From Bythopirellula sp. (GTDB lineage Bacteria > Planctomycetota > Planctomycetia > Pirellulales > Lacipirellulaceae): a DNA stretch of 64,000 nucleotides. The notes under the pieces are model-generated. The model saw only the letters and a list, made by a program, of their open reading frames with translations, was not told where the DNA came from and made no database searches. How positions within the stretch are numbered: the stretch's first letter is position 1; each line of letters begins with the position of its first letter. Positions 36,527 to 45,273 of this stretch are shown one piece after another. The stretch spans positions 5,056,001-5,120,000 of the forward strand of contig OZ244170.1 of the NCBI GenBank assembly GCA_965216565.1, written 5' to 3'. A program made the position numbers and the translations under genes.

Positions 36527-39500
36527 CTACCCCAACTTGGCCAGGGCTGCTTCGACGGCGGCTAGCTGGCTTTCGACTTCGGCCAACTTATCCCGCTCTG
36601 CTTGTACGACCTCGGCAGGGGCCCGGCCGACGAAATTCTCGTTGCTCAGCTTCCCGGAGATGCTTTTCGTGAACTTCGTCAGTTGCTGATGCTCTTTTTC
36701 TAGCCGTGCCCGTTCCGCGTCCACGTCGAAGAACGCACTGATGTCGACGTGGACTTCCATACCCGCGAGAGATTTGCTGGCCGACCGTTCTTGAGGCGTG
36801 GCCTCCGGGCCAAACTCCGTGCCGGTGGCGCCGGCCATCGACTCGAAGTAAGCCTTCATCGGTTCGAGCAGTGCGGCAGTCGCCGCTTCGCAGCGTACGG
36901 TAAAACTGACGGGCTCCTTAGGCGAGATGCTCTGTGACTGGCGAACCTCACGCACAGCACCGAGAACAGCTTGGAAGTTGGCAAACTGAGCTTCGATAGA
37001 TTGATCAATCTGCGTCTGATCCGCCTGCGGCCAGGCAGCGACACAAACACTCTCCACCGCCGCTTGTGGCTTCGCGATACCCCTAGTTGGTGCCACCTCA
37101 CCCAACAACTGCCAAACCTCTTCGGTCACAAAGGGCGTCATGGGATGCAGTAACCTGAGCAAGGAATCCAGGGCATGAGCGATTACGCGCTGAGCCGTAG
37201 GTCGTTGCTCGTCGTTGGCAAAGCGTGACTTGGCGATCTCGACATAAAAGCTGCAGAACTCGTCCCAGGCAAAGCCGTAAAGGGCTCGCGCGGCATCTGC
37301 ATACCGGTATGTTTCCAATGCCGCAGTGACTTCGCCGGTGACGGTGTTGAGCCGGGAGAGCAGCCAGCGGTCTTCCAAAAGGAGGCCAGCGTCGGCAACT
37401 TCGCCAGGTTCGTAACCTTCCAAGTTCATCAGCACAAACCGCGACGCATTCCACAGCTTGTTGCAGAAATTGCGGCCTAGCTCAAATTTCTCATTGATCA
37501 CCGCACCGCGCGGCAAGGCTTTGTCTTCGTCCGTCTCGGCCCACTGCGTACTAAACGGCTCGCCGCACTTTTCGCACTCGATTCGCGGCAAGCGGCGGTT
37601 CTTCTTGGTTTGTTTGAACTGTGCCTGACAATGCGGGCATTCAAAGTCCACCGGCAGTTTGACGTCCTGCGTGTCGGTCGTCATGTAAGCAATGCCAAAC
37701 CGCAGTGCGTCGGCGCCAAACTTTTCGATCACATCCAGCGGATCGACACCATTGCCCTTCGATTTGGACATCGTTTCGCCATAGCCGTCCAGGATTTTAG
37801 GCGTAATGTAGACCTCATCAAAAGGAATGTTGTTCATGTTGTACTCGCCCATCAGCACCATCCGTGCGACCCACAGCGTGATGATGTCCCGCGAGGTAAT
37901 GAGCGTGCTGGTGGGGTAGAACTTTTTCAGCTCCGGCGTCTCCTCTGGCCAGCCCAGTGTCGACATTGGCCACAACGCTGAGGAGAACCAAGTGTCGAGC
38001 ACATCCTCTTCACGGACGTAACCGGCCTTCTCTAGGGCTTCGATAACTTCGCGGTCATTCTCATCTCGAACACAGTGATAGAAATCGGAGTACGAAACAT
38101 TACTGACCGAGCCATCGCTAGATTCTGGGTCGGCATGTCCCCCGGGATGCAGCCGACCATCTCTTAGCCATTCCTTCAGTTTCTCTTCTGATATATCTAA
38201 ATCGCGCTGCTCGTCCCACTTCCCCTCTGCAGGTCCCCACACCGGAATCCGATGCCCCCACCAGAGTTGCCGGCCCACGGGCCAGTCGCGTTTTTCGCCA
38301 AGCCAGTCGAGATAGCTCTTGGCGTAACGCTCGGGCACAATTTTCACGTGGCCTTCGGTCACGGCGTCCATGGCGGTTTGGGCGAGTTCGTCCATCTTCA
38401 CAAACCATTGGTCCGCCAAGTATGGTTCGATCGGCGTCTTGCTACGGTCGCTATGGGCGAGATCGATTTCGCGATCTTCGCGGTCAGATTCAGGATCGTG
38501 AAAGTTCAGTTCGGTAAGGTCTTCCACCACAGCCGTGCGGGCCTTTTTCATCGTCAGCCCGCGGTACTTCTCCGGCACGCTGTCGTTAAGTGTGCCGTCG
38601 GGATTGAGAATGTTGATTGCACCGATCTCTTTATTTCTCTGCCAGACTTCGTAGTCGTTCTCGTCGTGGGCGGGAGTGATTTTCACGCAACCCGAGCCGA
38701 GTTCCGGCTTCGCCCAAACGTCGACGATCAGCGGGATCTTGCGACCGGTGAGGGGTAGCTCCAGCATTCGTCCAGCTAAGGCCATGTCGCGCAGCTTCAG
38801 CAACTTGGGGAGATGAGTCTGGCGACGTTCCACCACTGCGTCGATTTGTGCTTGAATGTCGTCTTTCTCTTTCGCAGGTGCCGCGGCGAGTTTCTCCTCA
38901 AGTTCCGCCTGCGTCTTCGCCAGCGCCTTCTCCGGATCGGGATGCACTGCCACTGCCGTATCGCCGAGCATTGTCTCGGGTCGCGTGGTCGCAATGGTGA
39001 CAAACTCCGGCTCGCCTGGAAGCGGCCCATTCTTCGAAGCGAGGACAACCGGATACTTGAAATGCCAAAAGTGGCCTTTCACGGGCTCGTGGAAAACTTC
39101 GTCGTCGCTCACCGCGGTCTGCAGATAGGTATCCCAATTCACAAGCCGTTTGCCCCGATAGATCTTGCCATCGGCAAACAACTTGAAGAACGTCTCGCGG
39201 ACGGCCCGTGCGCACTGCTCATCGAGCGTAAAGCGGGTCCGCTCCCAATCGCAGCTACAGCCGAGCTGTTCGAGTTGACCTAGAATGCGTTTCTCGTATT
39301 GGTCTTTCCACTCCCAGATGCGATCGACGAGTCCCTCACGCCCCAGATCGTGCCGCGAAATGCCTTCGTCCTCCAGCAACCGCCGCTCGACAACCGCTTG
39401 CGTGGCAATGCCCGCATGGTCCGTCCCCGGCATCCACAGCACGTTGAAGTTTTGCATGCGTTTCATGCGACACAAGATATCTTGCAGCGTGTTATTGAGT

Positions 39501-39691
39501 GCATGGCCCAGGTGCAAAGCACCGGTAACATTCGGCGGCGGGATGACAATCGTGAACGGCTCACGCGGATCGTCGGCTTCAGCGTGGAAGTAACCTCGGT
39601 CTTTCCACACGGAGTACCACTTCGACTGAGCGGCCGCGTGGTCGTATTGCGAAGGTAGATCTTTGAGATTGGACATCGTGTCGGGAGACAT
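36527..39691 (-). CDS. valS: Valine--tRNA ligase
   Basis: PPPNVTGALHLGHA, TTRPETMLGD, DVLDTWFSS, TMSKSKGN, C-terminal coiled coil; start at 39691 or 39676, not 40045. Confidence 0.97.
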   Translation of the reverse strand: MSPDTMSNLKDLPSQYDHAAAQSKWYSVWKDRGYFHAEADDPREPFTIVIPPPNVTGALHLGHALNNTLQDILCRMKRMQNFNVLWMPGTDHAGIATQAVVERRLLEDEGISRHDLGREGLVDRIWEWKDQYEKRILGQLEQLGCSCDWERTRFTLDEQCARAVRETFFKLFADGKIYRGKRLVNWDTYLQTAVSDDEVFHEPVKGHFWHFKYPVVLASKNGPLPGEPEFVTIATTRPETMLGDTAVAVHPDPEKALAKTQAELEEKLAAAPAKEKDDIQAQIDAVVERRQTHLPKLLKLRDMALAGRMLELPLTGRKIPLIVDVWAKPELGSGCVKITPAHDENDYEVWQRNKEIGAINILNPDGTLNDSVPEKYRGLTMKKARTAVVEDLTELNFHDPESDREDREIDLAHSDRSKTPIEPYLADQWFVKMDELAQTAMDAVTEGHVKIVPERYAKSYLDWLGEKRDWPVGRQLWWGHRIPVWGPAEGKWDEQRDLDISEEKLKEWLRDGRLHPGGHADPESSDGSVSNVSYSDFYHCVRDENDREVIEALEKAGYVREEDVLDTWFSSALWPMSTLGWPEETPELKKFYPTSTLITSRDIITLWVARMVLMGEYNMNNIPFDEVYITPKILDGYGETMSKSKGNGVDPLDVIEKFGADALRFGIAYMTTDTQDVKLPVDFECPHCQAQFKQTKKNRRLPRIECEKCGEPFSTQWAETDEDKALPRGAVINEKFELGRNFCNKLWNASRFVLMNLEGYEPGEVADAGLLLEDRWLLSRLNTVTGEVTAALETYRYADAARALYGFAWDEFCSFYVEIAKSRFANDEQRPTAQRVIAHALDSLLRLLHPMTPFVTEEVWQLLGEVAPTRGIAKPQAAVESVCVAAWPQADQTQIDQSIEAQFANFQAVLGAVREVRQSQSISPKEPVSFTVRCEAATAALLEPMKAYFESMAGATGTEFGPEATPQERSASKSLAGMEVHVDISAFFDVDAERARLEKEHQQLTKFTKSISGKLSNENFVGRAPAEVVQAERDKLAEVESQLAAVEAALAKLG

Positions 39692-39693
39692 TG

Positions 39694-39872
39694 TTTTATT
39701 CTCTCGCAAAGGCGCAGAGACGCTAAGAATTCTTTGAGGTAAGTTCTGAAATGGACGGACTACTGCAATATTTCGTAAAGTACTTCGTTTTTGCTTGATG
39801 ATATCAAACAGATCGAGTTCATAAGAGGCTGCGGATTCTTTTAACTTTGCGGCTCTGCGCCTTAGCGAGAGA
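39694..39872. repeat. Gene-less inverted pair with CGCAAAG/CGCAGAG units
   Basis: tctctcgcaaaggcgcagagacgctaag (39700-39727) vs reverse complement of 39845-39872 tctctcgctaaggcgcagagccgcaaag (25/28). Confidence 0.85.
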
Positions 39873-39890
39873 CACTTCCTTTCTGAATCC

Positions 39891-41447
39891 CTATCCCGAA
39901 TCCTTACACAATTTATACTCGATACTATCGACCAACGCCTGCCAACTAGCTTCGATGACGTTTTCGTGGACGCCAACGGTGCCCCAAGTATCGGTGTCGT
40001 CCTTGCTTTCGATGACGACGCGTACGCTGGCTGCGGTGGCGGCATCGGAGTTGATCACTCGCACTTTGTAGTCGACCAGGTGCATCTCGTTCAAGCTGGG
40101 GAAGTGCCCGTTGAGGGCTTTTCGCAGCGCGGCATCCAGTGCGTTGACCGGCCCGTCGCCTTCGGCGACTTCGTGCCGAACTTGCTCGTCGATGAGTAAT
40201 TTGACCGTGGCCTCGGTCACCGGCTCGCCCCCTCGACTCACGACGCTCGTTTGATACTGCACCAATTCGAAGTGCGGAACAAAGGTGCCAGCTGCGCGTT
40301 GGATCAGCAAATCGAACGAACCCTCTGCGGCCTCGAACTGATAGCCACGATTTTCCAGATCGACCACCTGTGCCAGGATCTGGTTCATTAGCTTCTTGTC
40401 TTCCTGGAGGTTTCGCTTCGTCGCCAGGGCAATGATATTCGAGCGTCCGGAAAGCTCACTCACCAGCACACGGCGTGCATTGCCGACGGCGGCGGGATCG
40501 ATATGCTCGTAGCTAGAGGCCGCCTTCGCCACAGCGTGCACGTGCATTCCACCCTTGTGAGCAAAAGCACTAGGGCCGACAAAGGGCTGGTTCACTCGGA
40601 AATGCATGTTGGCGATTTCATACACATAACGGGAAAGTTCCGTGAGGTGTTCCACGCCTTTGCCGTCGAATAGTTCGAAGCCCTCTCGCTTCAATGTGAG
40701 ATTTGCCGCGACGGAAACTAAATCCGCGTTGCCGCACCGTTCGCCGATGCCGTTGATGGTCCCCTGCACATGCGTGGCACCCGCGTCGATGGAAGCCAGC
40801 GTGTTGGCTACCGCCAAATCGCAATCGTTGTGCGTGTGGATGCCGAGCGGCTTGTCGACCTTGGTGGCGGCATCCTTGGTGATTGCGGCGATCTCTTCGG
40901 GAAGCGTGCCGCCATTAGTATCGCACATCACAATGGTCGAGCAGCCCGCCTCGGCCGCGGCCTGAATTGTTTGGGCAGCGTACTCTGGATTGGCTTTCCA
41001 GCCGTCGAAGAAGTGCTCTGCATCGTAAATGACTTCACGACCTTCGCCCACAAGGTAAGCGACCGTATCGCGGATCATCGCCAGGTTTTCTTCTAGCGAA
41101 ACGCCCAGTACTTTCTCAGCATGGAAGTCGGAAGTCTTCCCAACAATCGTGATCACACCGGCTTGGGCTTTGAGGAGTGCTTGCATTCCAGGATCGTCGG
41201 CTGGAGCTGTTCCCTTACGACGCGTCATGCCAAACGCACAGACGCGGCTGTTTTTTAGCGGTTTCTCAGCGAGACGTTGAAAGAACTCGGCATCTTTGGG
41301 GTTTGAAAGCGGATAGCCCCCCTCCACAAAGTCGAAACCGATTTCGTCCAACCGACGCGCGATTAGCAACTTGTCTTCCAGCGAGAAGTTGACACCTTCG
41401 CCCTGGGCTCCGTCGCGGAGCGTCGTGTCGTAGATTTGAATATGCAT
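39891..41447 (-). CDS. cimA: Citramalate synthase
   Basis: YDTTLRDGAQGEG, DAEHFFDG, HTHND, GERCGNA, AHKGGMH, GPVNALD, DYKVRV, ASWQAL. Confidence 0.93.
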   Translation of the reverse strand: MHIQIYDTTLRDGAQGEGVNFSLEDKLLIARRLDEIGFDFVEGGYPLSNPKDAEFFQRLAEKPLKNSRVCAFGMTRRKGTAPADDPGMQALLKAQAGVITIVGKTSDFHAEKVLGVSLEENLAMIRDTVAYLVGEGREVIYDAEHFFDGWKANPEYAAQTIQAAAEAGCSTIVMCDTNGGTLPEEIAAITKDAATKVDKPLGIHTHNDCDLAVANTLASIDAGATHVQGTINGIGERCGNADLVSVAANLTLKREGFELFDGKGVEHLTELSRYVYEIANMHFRVNQPFVGPSAFAHKGGMHVHAVAKAASSYEHIDPAAVGNARRVLVSELSGRSNIIALATKRNLQEDKKLMNQILAQVVDLENRGYQFEAAEGSFDLLIQRAAGTFVPHFELVQYQTSVVSRGGEPVTEATVKLLIDEQVRHEVAEGDGPVNALDAALRKALNGHFPSLNEMHLVDYKVRVINSDAATAASVRVVIESKDDTDTWGTVGVHENVIEASWQALVDSIEYKLCKDSG

Positions 41448-41550
41448 GGGTGGTGGGTAGGGGTTAGAAATAAGCGGCTTGAGGCTAGCAACCGGAAGGC
41501 CTATTAGAAATCTGGATAAGACACCCAAGCCCCTGGATCCTAGTCTCTAC

Positions 41551-41585
41551 AAAAAAACCCTGAAGCCTCAGTTGGCCTCAGGGTT
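41551..41585 (-). terminator. Attenuator terminator upstream of cimA
   Basis: Minus strand aaccctgaggcc-aactga-ggcttcagggtt followed by a U run. Confidence 0.88.
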
Positions 41586-41617
41586 GTGGTGAATTTCGGT
41601 TGTCTGCCGAACCAACC

Positions 41618-41698
41618 CTAAGGCCGTCTTCCAATAACGATCGCAATAATATCGACGCAAATGGCGTCGGGTATCAATGGGCGAATCGTGGAAACCAT
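41618..41698 (-). CDS. Ile/Val-rich leader peptide (26 aa) of the cimA attenuator
   Basis: MVSTIRPLIPDAICVDIIAIVIGRRP*; 7 Ile, 3 Val; stop overlaps the antiterminator strand. Confidence 0.85.
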   Translation of the reverse strand: MVSTIRPLIPDAICVDIIAIVIGRRP

Positions 41699-42008
41699 GG
41701 GTGGCTCGGGGTTGTACGGGATCGGATTGTATTGGTTGCAGCAATATTGCTCGAAAAGACCCTAGTTTAGCTTGCCTAACGCAGTCGGGCAACATGCCCT
41801 CGTGGACCTGGATTCGGCTCGATTCCCGGCAAGATTTAGCCCATCCTGGCGAATAACCTCTAGGAATCGAGCGAATCATTAGCCCGTAGGTCCCGCCACA
41901 TCTGCGTGAGCTACGTTGTAGAAGGTTATTCTGCGCCAAAGGTTCGCAACCGTCCCGGCAATTTGCAATCAGCCGCGGACTTCAAACGTATATCTGGGGA
42001 GGTAAATC

Positions 42009-43595
42009 ATGTCGATGTTTATGGTACTAGCAGGGGTCGTATTGGCGGTGTTGATAATGGGCGCCGCCATGAAGGTGCGCTCGGGGACCGTGAGGATTGC
42101 GGCAGCCGTTGTATCGCTATGTGTCGTCGTGTTTTTCTTTACCCTAGCGTCGTTCCGCTATGTGGGAGAAGACGCCATTGGAGTCGTTTCCAAAAATATT
42201 GGCTTCAAATCATTGCCGGCTGGTCAGATTATTGCCACTGACGGTGAGAAGGGCCCCCAGGCCGAGATCCTGCCTCCAGGCTGGCACCCCGGCTACTGGC
42301 CATTCATCTACGATATCGACATGGAACCCGTCATCGAAATCGAACAAGGCACCGTCGGCATGCTCACCGCCGCCGATGGTCAGCCGCTGCCACCCAATGC
42401 TACCTATGCACCCGTTTGGGAGCCTGGTACCGAGAAACAAATGCAGAGCGCTCAGTATTTTCTGACGGATGGCAACGGATACAAGGGCCCGCAAGCTTCT
42501 GTCTTGAAGCCTGGTAAGTATCGTTTCAATCCCAAGCTATTTCGAAAAGAAGATGCTCCATTGCTAACAATTCGCAAAGCAGAAGTGGGCGTTGTGAAGT
42601 CCAACGTGGGCGAGACACCCAAGGCCGGTGATGTGAGTATGGAGATGGGAGCAGACAAACTTGTTGATCGCGGAGAGCTGGGAATCTGGCGAACACCATT
42701 GATGCCGGGGCAGTACTACGAGTTTAGCCATTCCAAAGCTTACGAAGTGACAACCATTTCCACTAGGAAGCAGGTGGTCCACTATACGGCAGGTCAACTC
42801 AAACGCTCAGGTCAGCAAGAAGAGAGCGAGATCATGGTGCGAACGTCTGATGGATATACGTTCCCCGTCGACGTACGAATTGAATATGAAATCCAACCGA
42901 AGAACGCACCTCTTTTAGTGGCTAGCGTGGGTGACGACCAAGTAGGACTGCGAAGTGTTCTCGACTCAGCTGTGAGAGAAATCTTCCGCAACAATGCCGA
43001 AGGCGTGAAGGCACTCGACTACGTCCAGCAGCGTTCACTCCAGGGCGAGCAGTCCACCAAGTTGCTCCAGTCGGAAATGGAAAAGATTGGCGTGAGTGTG
43101 ATTGCAGTACGGATTGGAGATATCGGTGACAAAGAGTCGTTAGGTGAATTGCTTAAGACACAAACGGATCGTGAAATCGCTTTGCAGGAGCAGGCTACTT
43201 TCCAAGAGCAACAGCGTGCCGCCGAGCAGAAGAAGCAGCTCACGAAGACTGAGCAAGAGGCCGAAGAAGAGAAACGCCTCGCCACAGCAGCTTATGCTGT
43301 TCAGATTGCCCAACGCGACAAGGAAAAAGTCGTGATCGCCGCCGAAGCGGAAGCCGAAGCGGTGAAGATCAAGGCCGAAGCCCAGGCTAATGCCTACAAG
43401 CTGATTGCAGAACAAATCGGCAGCGGCAACGCGGCCTTGGTTGAACTGCTCAAGATTGTTGGCGAGCGACGTATTGAGATTACGCCCCGCGTAATGGTGA
43501 CAGGGCAGGGCGGGGCAGGAGCCCAAAACGGCGAGACTACCGCGCTGATCGGCACGATGCTCGACTCGATGGTGCAGCAATCGGCCAAGAACTGA
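42009..43595 (+). CDS. SPFH/band-7 (flotillin-like) membrane protein
   Basis: N-terminal TMs, repeated G.Q...L.PG.Y modules, SPFH core, AEA-rich coiled coil. Confidence 0.85.
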   Translation: MSMFMVLAGVVLAVLIMGAAMKVRSGTVRIAAAVVSLCVVVFFFTLASFRYVGEDAIGVVSKNIGFKSLPAGQIIATDGEKGPQAEILPPGWHPGYWPFIYDIDMEPVIEIEQGTVGMLTAADGQPLPPNATYAPVWEPGTEKQMQSAQYFLTDGNGYKGPQASVLKPGKYRFNPKLFRKEDAPLLTIRKAEVGVVKSNVGETPKAGDVSMEMGADKLVDRGELGIWRTPLMPGQYYEFSHSKAYEVTTISTRKQVVHYTAGQLKRSGQQEESEIMVRTSDGYTFPVDVRIEYEIQPKNAPLLVASVGDDQVGLRSVLDSAVREIFRNNAEGVKALDYVQQRSLQGEQSTKLLQSEMEKIGVSVIAVRIGDIGDKESLGELLKTQTDREIALQEQATFQEQQRAAEQKKQLTKTEQEAEEEKRLATAAYAVQIAQRDKEKVVIAAEAEAEAVKIKAEAQANAYKLIAEQIGSGNAALVELLKIVGERRIEITPRVMVTGQGGAGAQNGETTALIGTMLDSMVQQSAKN

Positions 43596-43615
43596 CCTGT
43601 CTGATCATATTCGAC

Positions 43616-43648
43616 AAAAACCCCGGCCAATTGGTCGGGGTTTTTTTA
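43616..43648 (+). terminator. Rho-independent (likely bidirectional) terminator
   Basis: aaaaa-ccccggcca-at-tggtcgggg-ttttttt. Confidence 0.85.
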
Positions 43649-43683
43649 TAAGATAAAGTCTTTCAACAGATGCCGAGCATTTC

Positions 43684-44493
43684 ATGGACCTGAGCCACAA
43701 ATCGCTGCCCAGCTCAGCCTACTGGCTCATTGGTGCCAATCTATTTCCGTTGCTCGGTGTGCTGTTTCTCGGCTGGAGCACGTTTTCTATCGTCTTCATT
43801 TACTGGTGCGAAAACGTCATTCTGGGCGCAATCAATTTGCTCAAGATGCTCAGCTGTGCGCCCGACACGGAGGCATTGGCCAGAGAACAGCTAGGGAGTG
43901 AACAGCTAGGGAGTGAACAGCTAGGGCCCGAGGAACTGGGGTCCCAGACTGAGGAGCTACTGGAGAAATTCCAAGGTAATAGTCGGACTCTCTCTGGAGC
44001 ACACCATCTAGCGAAATTGTTTTTCATGCCGTTTTTTGCAGTTCACTACGGCATGTTTTGCTTTGTGCATGGCGTGTTTGTATTCGTGCTCCTTAGTGGC
44101 GATGGGCCGTTTGCGAGCGGAGCAGGGGGCGGAGGAATCACCGAGCCGTTCGACGTGATACGCTCTTCCCTGTCAACACTCACCCAGCAGCACTTGTGGT
44201 GGGCCGTGTTGGCACTTGCTGGGAGTCACTTGTATTCGTTCTTCACAAATTACCTCGGCAAGGGAGAATACCGGAAAACTGTCTTGCCAAAACTGATGAG
44301 CCAGCCTTATGGACGAGTCGTGATTTTGCACGTCGCGTTGCTGTTCGGTGCGTTCTTGCTGATGATGATCGGCAGTCCAATCCTGTTGTTGTTGATTCTG
44401 ATTGTCGGAAAGACGGCACTCGACTTGAAACTGCATCTGCGCGAACACCAGCAGGAAGCGCAGCCTCAGCCAACTTCCGGCGGCGTGGCGTGA
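43684..44493 (+). CDS. DUF6498-like multi-TM protein
   Basis: LI.ANL.PL.GVLF.GW, YW.EN, FF.VHYG.F, PYGRVV.LH. Confidence 0.75.
   Translation: MDLSHKSLPSSAYWLIGANLFPLLGVLFLGWSTFSIVFIYWCENVILGAINLLKMLSCAPDTEALAREQLGSEQLGSEQLGPEELGSQTEELLEKFQGNSRTLSGAHHLAKLFFMPFFAVHYGMFCFVHGVFVFVLLSGDGPFASGAGGGGITEPFDVIRSSLSTLTQQHLWWAVLALAGSHLYSFFTNYLGKGEYRKTVLPKLMSQPYGRVVILHVALLFGAFLLMMIGSPILLLLILIVGKTALDLKLHLREHQQEAQPQPTSGGVA
43885..43944 (+). repeat. In-frame 15-bp tandem repeat (EQLGS)
   Basis: gaacagctagggagt x2, gaacagctagggccc, gaggaactggggtcc. Confidence 0.9.
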
Positions 44494-44505
44494 GGGTTGG
44501 GGGCG

Positions 44506-45102
44506 TCACACGAATAGAGAGACAACGATCAATGCGACAATGATGGTGGCAAGTATCGATTTGATGCCAACACCCAGCAGTCTGCCCCAAAACGCGGCAC
44601 GGCCTACCTTGAGCGATTGTGAACCGGTTTCACCCAACGTCTGCTCGGCTAGCGCTGCCCCTAGGAGGGCACCGACCGCCCCGCCGAGAATGGCTCCGAT
44701 GGGAGTCCCGATCAGTGGTATCGGTAACCCCAGCATCCCTCCCACAATCGCACCTACCAGTGAGCCAAGCAATGCGTAGATGGCCGCCTTGCGGCTCCCG
44801 CCCGCCCGACGGGCTCCCCACATGCCGGCAACATTCTCGGCAATCTCACCGATGACGCACAAACCGGCGATTGTGCCGATCGTTGCCCATGAGATATTCA
44901 TCACTCCCACTTCGGGTCCCAGCCAGAGATAGCCTAAGGCAGCCAGCAGCATCAACCAGTTTCCCGGCAGGCCAAATAGCGTCAGCATCCAGCAAACGCA
45001 CACCGTCAACGCGAGCAGCACGGCAAGCAGATAGGGGGAGACCGAGGCCAGCCAACTCCATAGGGGGTCGAGGTCCAGAGCTAAACCAATTAAGTAGTCC
45101 AT
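44506..45102 (-). CDS. DUF456 family membrane protein
   Basis: LPGNW, GARRAGGSRKA, Gly-rich TMs, AFWGRLLG. Confidence 0.8.
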   Translation of the reverse strand: MDYLIGLALDLDPLWSWLASVSPYLLAVLLALTVCVCWMLTLFGLPGNWLMLLAALGYLWLGPEVGVMNISWATIGTIAGLCVIGEIAENVAGMWGARRAGGSRKAAIYALLGSLVGAIVGGMLGLPIPLIGTPIGAILGGAVGALLGAALAEQTLGETGSQSLKVGRAAFWGRLLGVGIKSILATIIVALIVVSLFV

Positions 45103-45273
45103 CAGGTAATAATCGCCGCTGGCCACCTGAAAGGAAAGTGCCGGGCCGCGAGTTTGCTGAAAAAGGGCCCGTTTTGCTTGATACCTCCTTGGGCTACAAT
45201 CGTGGGTTTGTGCCCCCTGGCTTGTGGGCAAAGGGTTTCAGTCGATCGTTTATTTGGGTGACGGGAGAGCGAA

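Noticed and set aside
39692..40045. 118-codon N-terminal extension of the valS ORF reading through the repeat element into cimA
   Set aside because: It overlaps cimA in another frame and translates the repeat arms; ValRS similarity begins near MSNLKDLP. Most likely chance openness.
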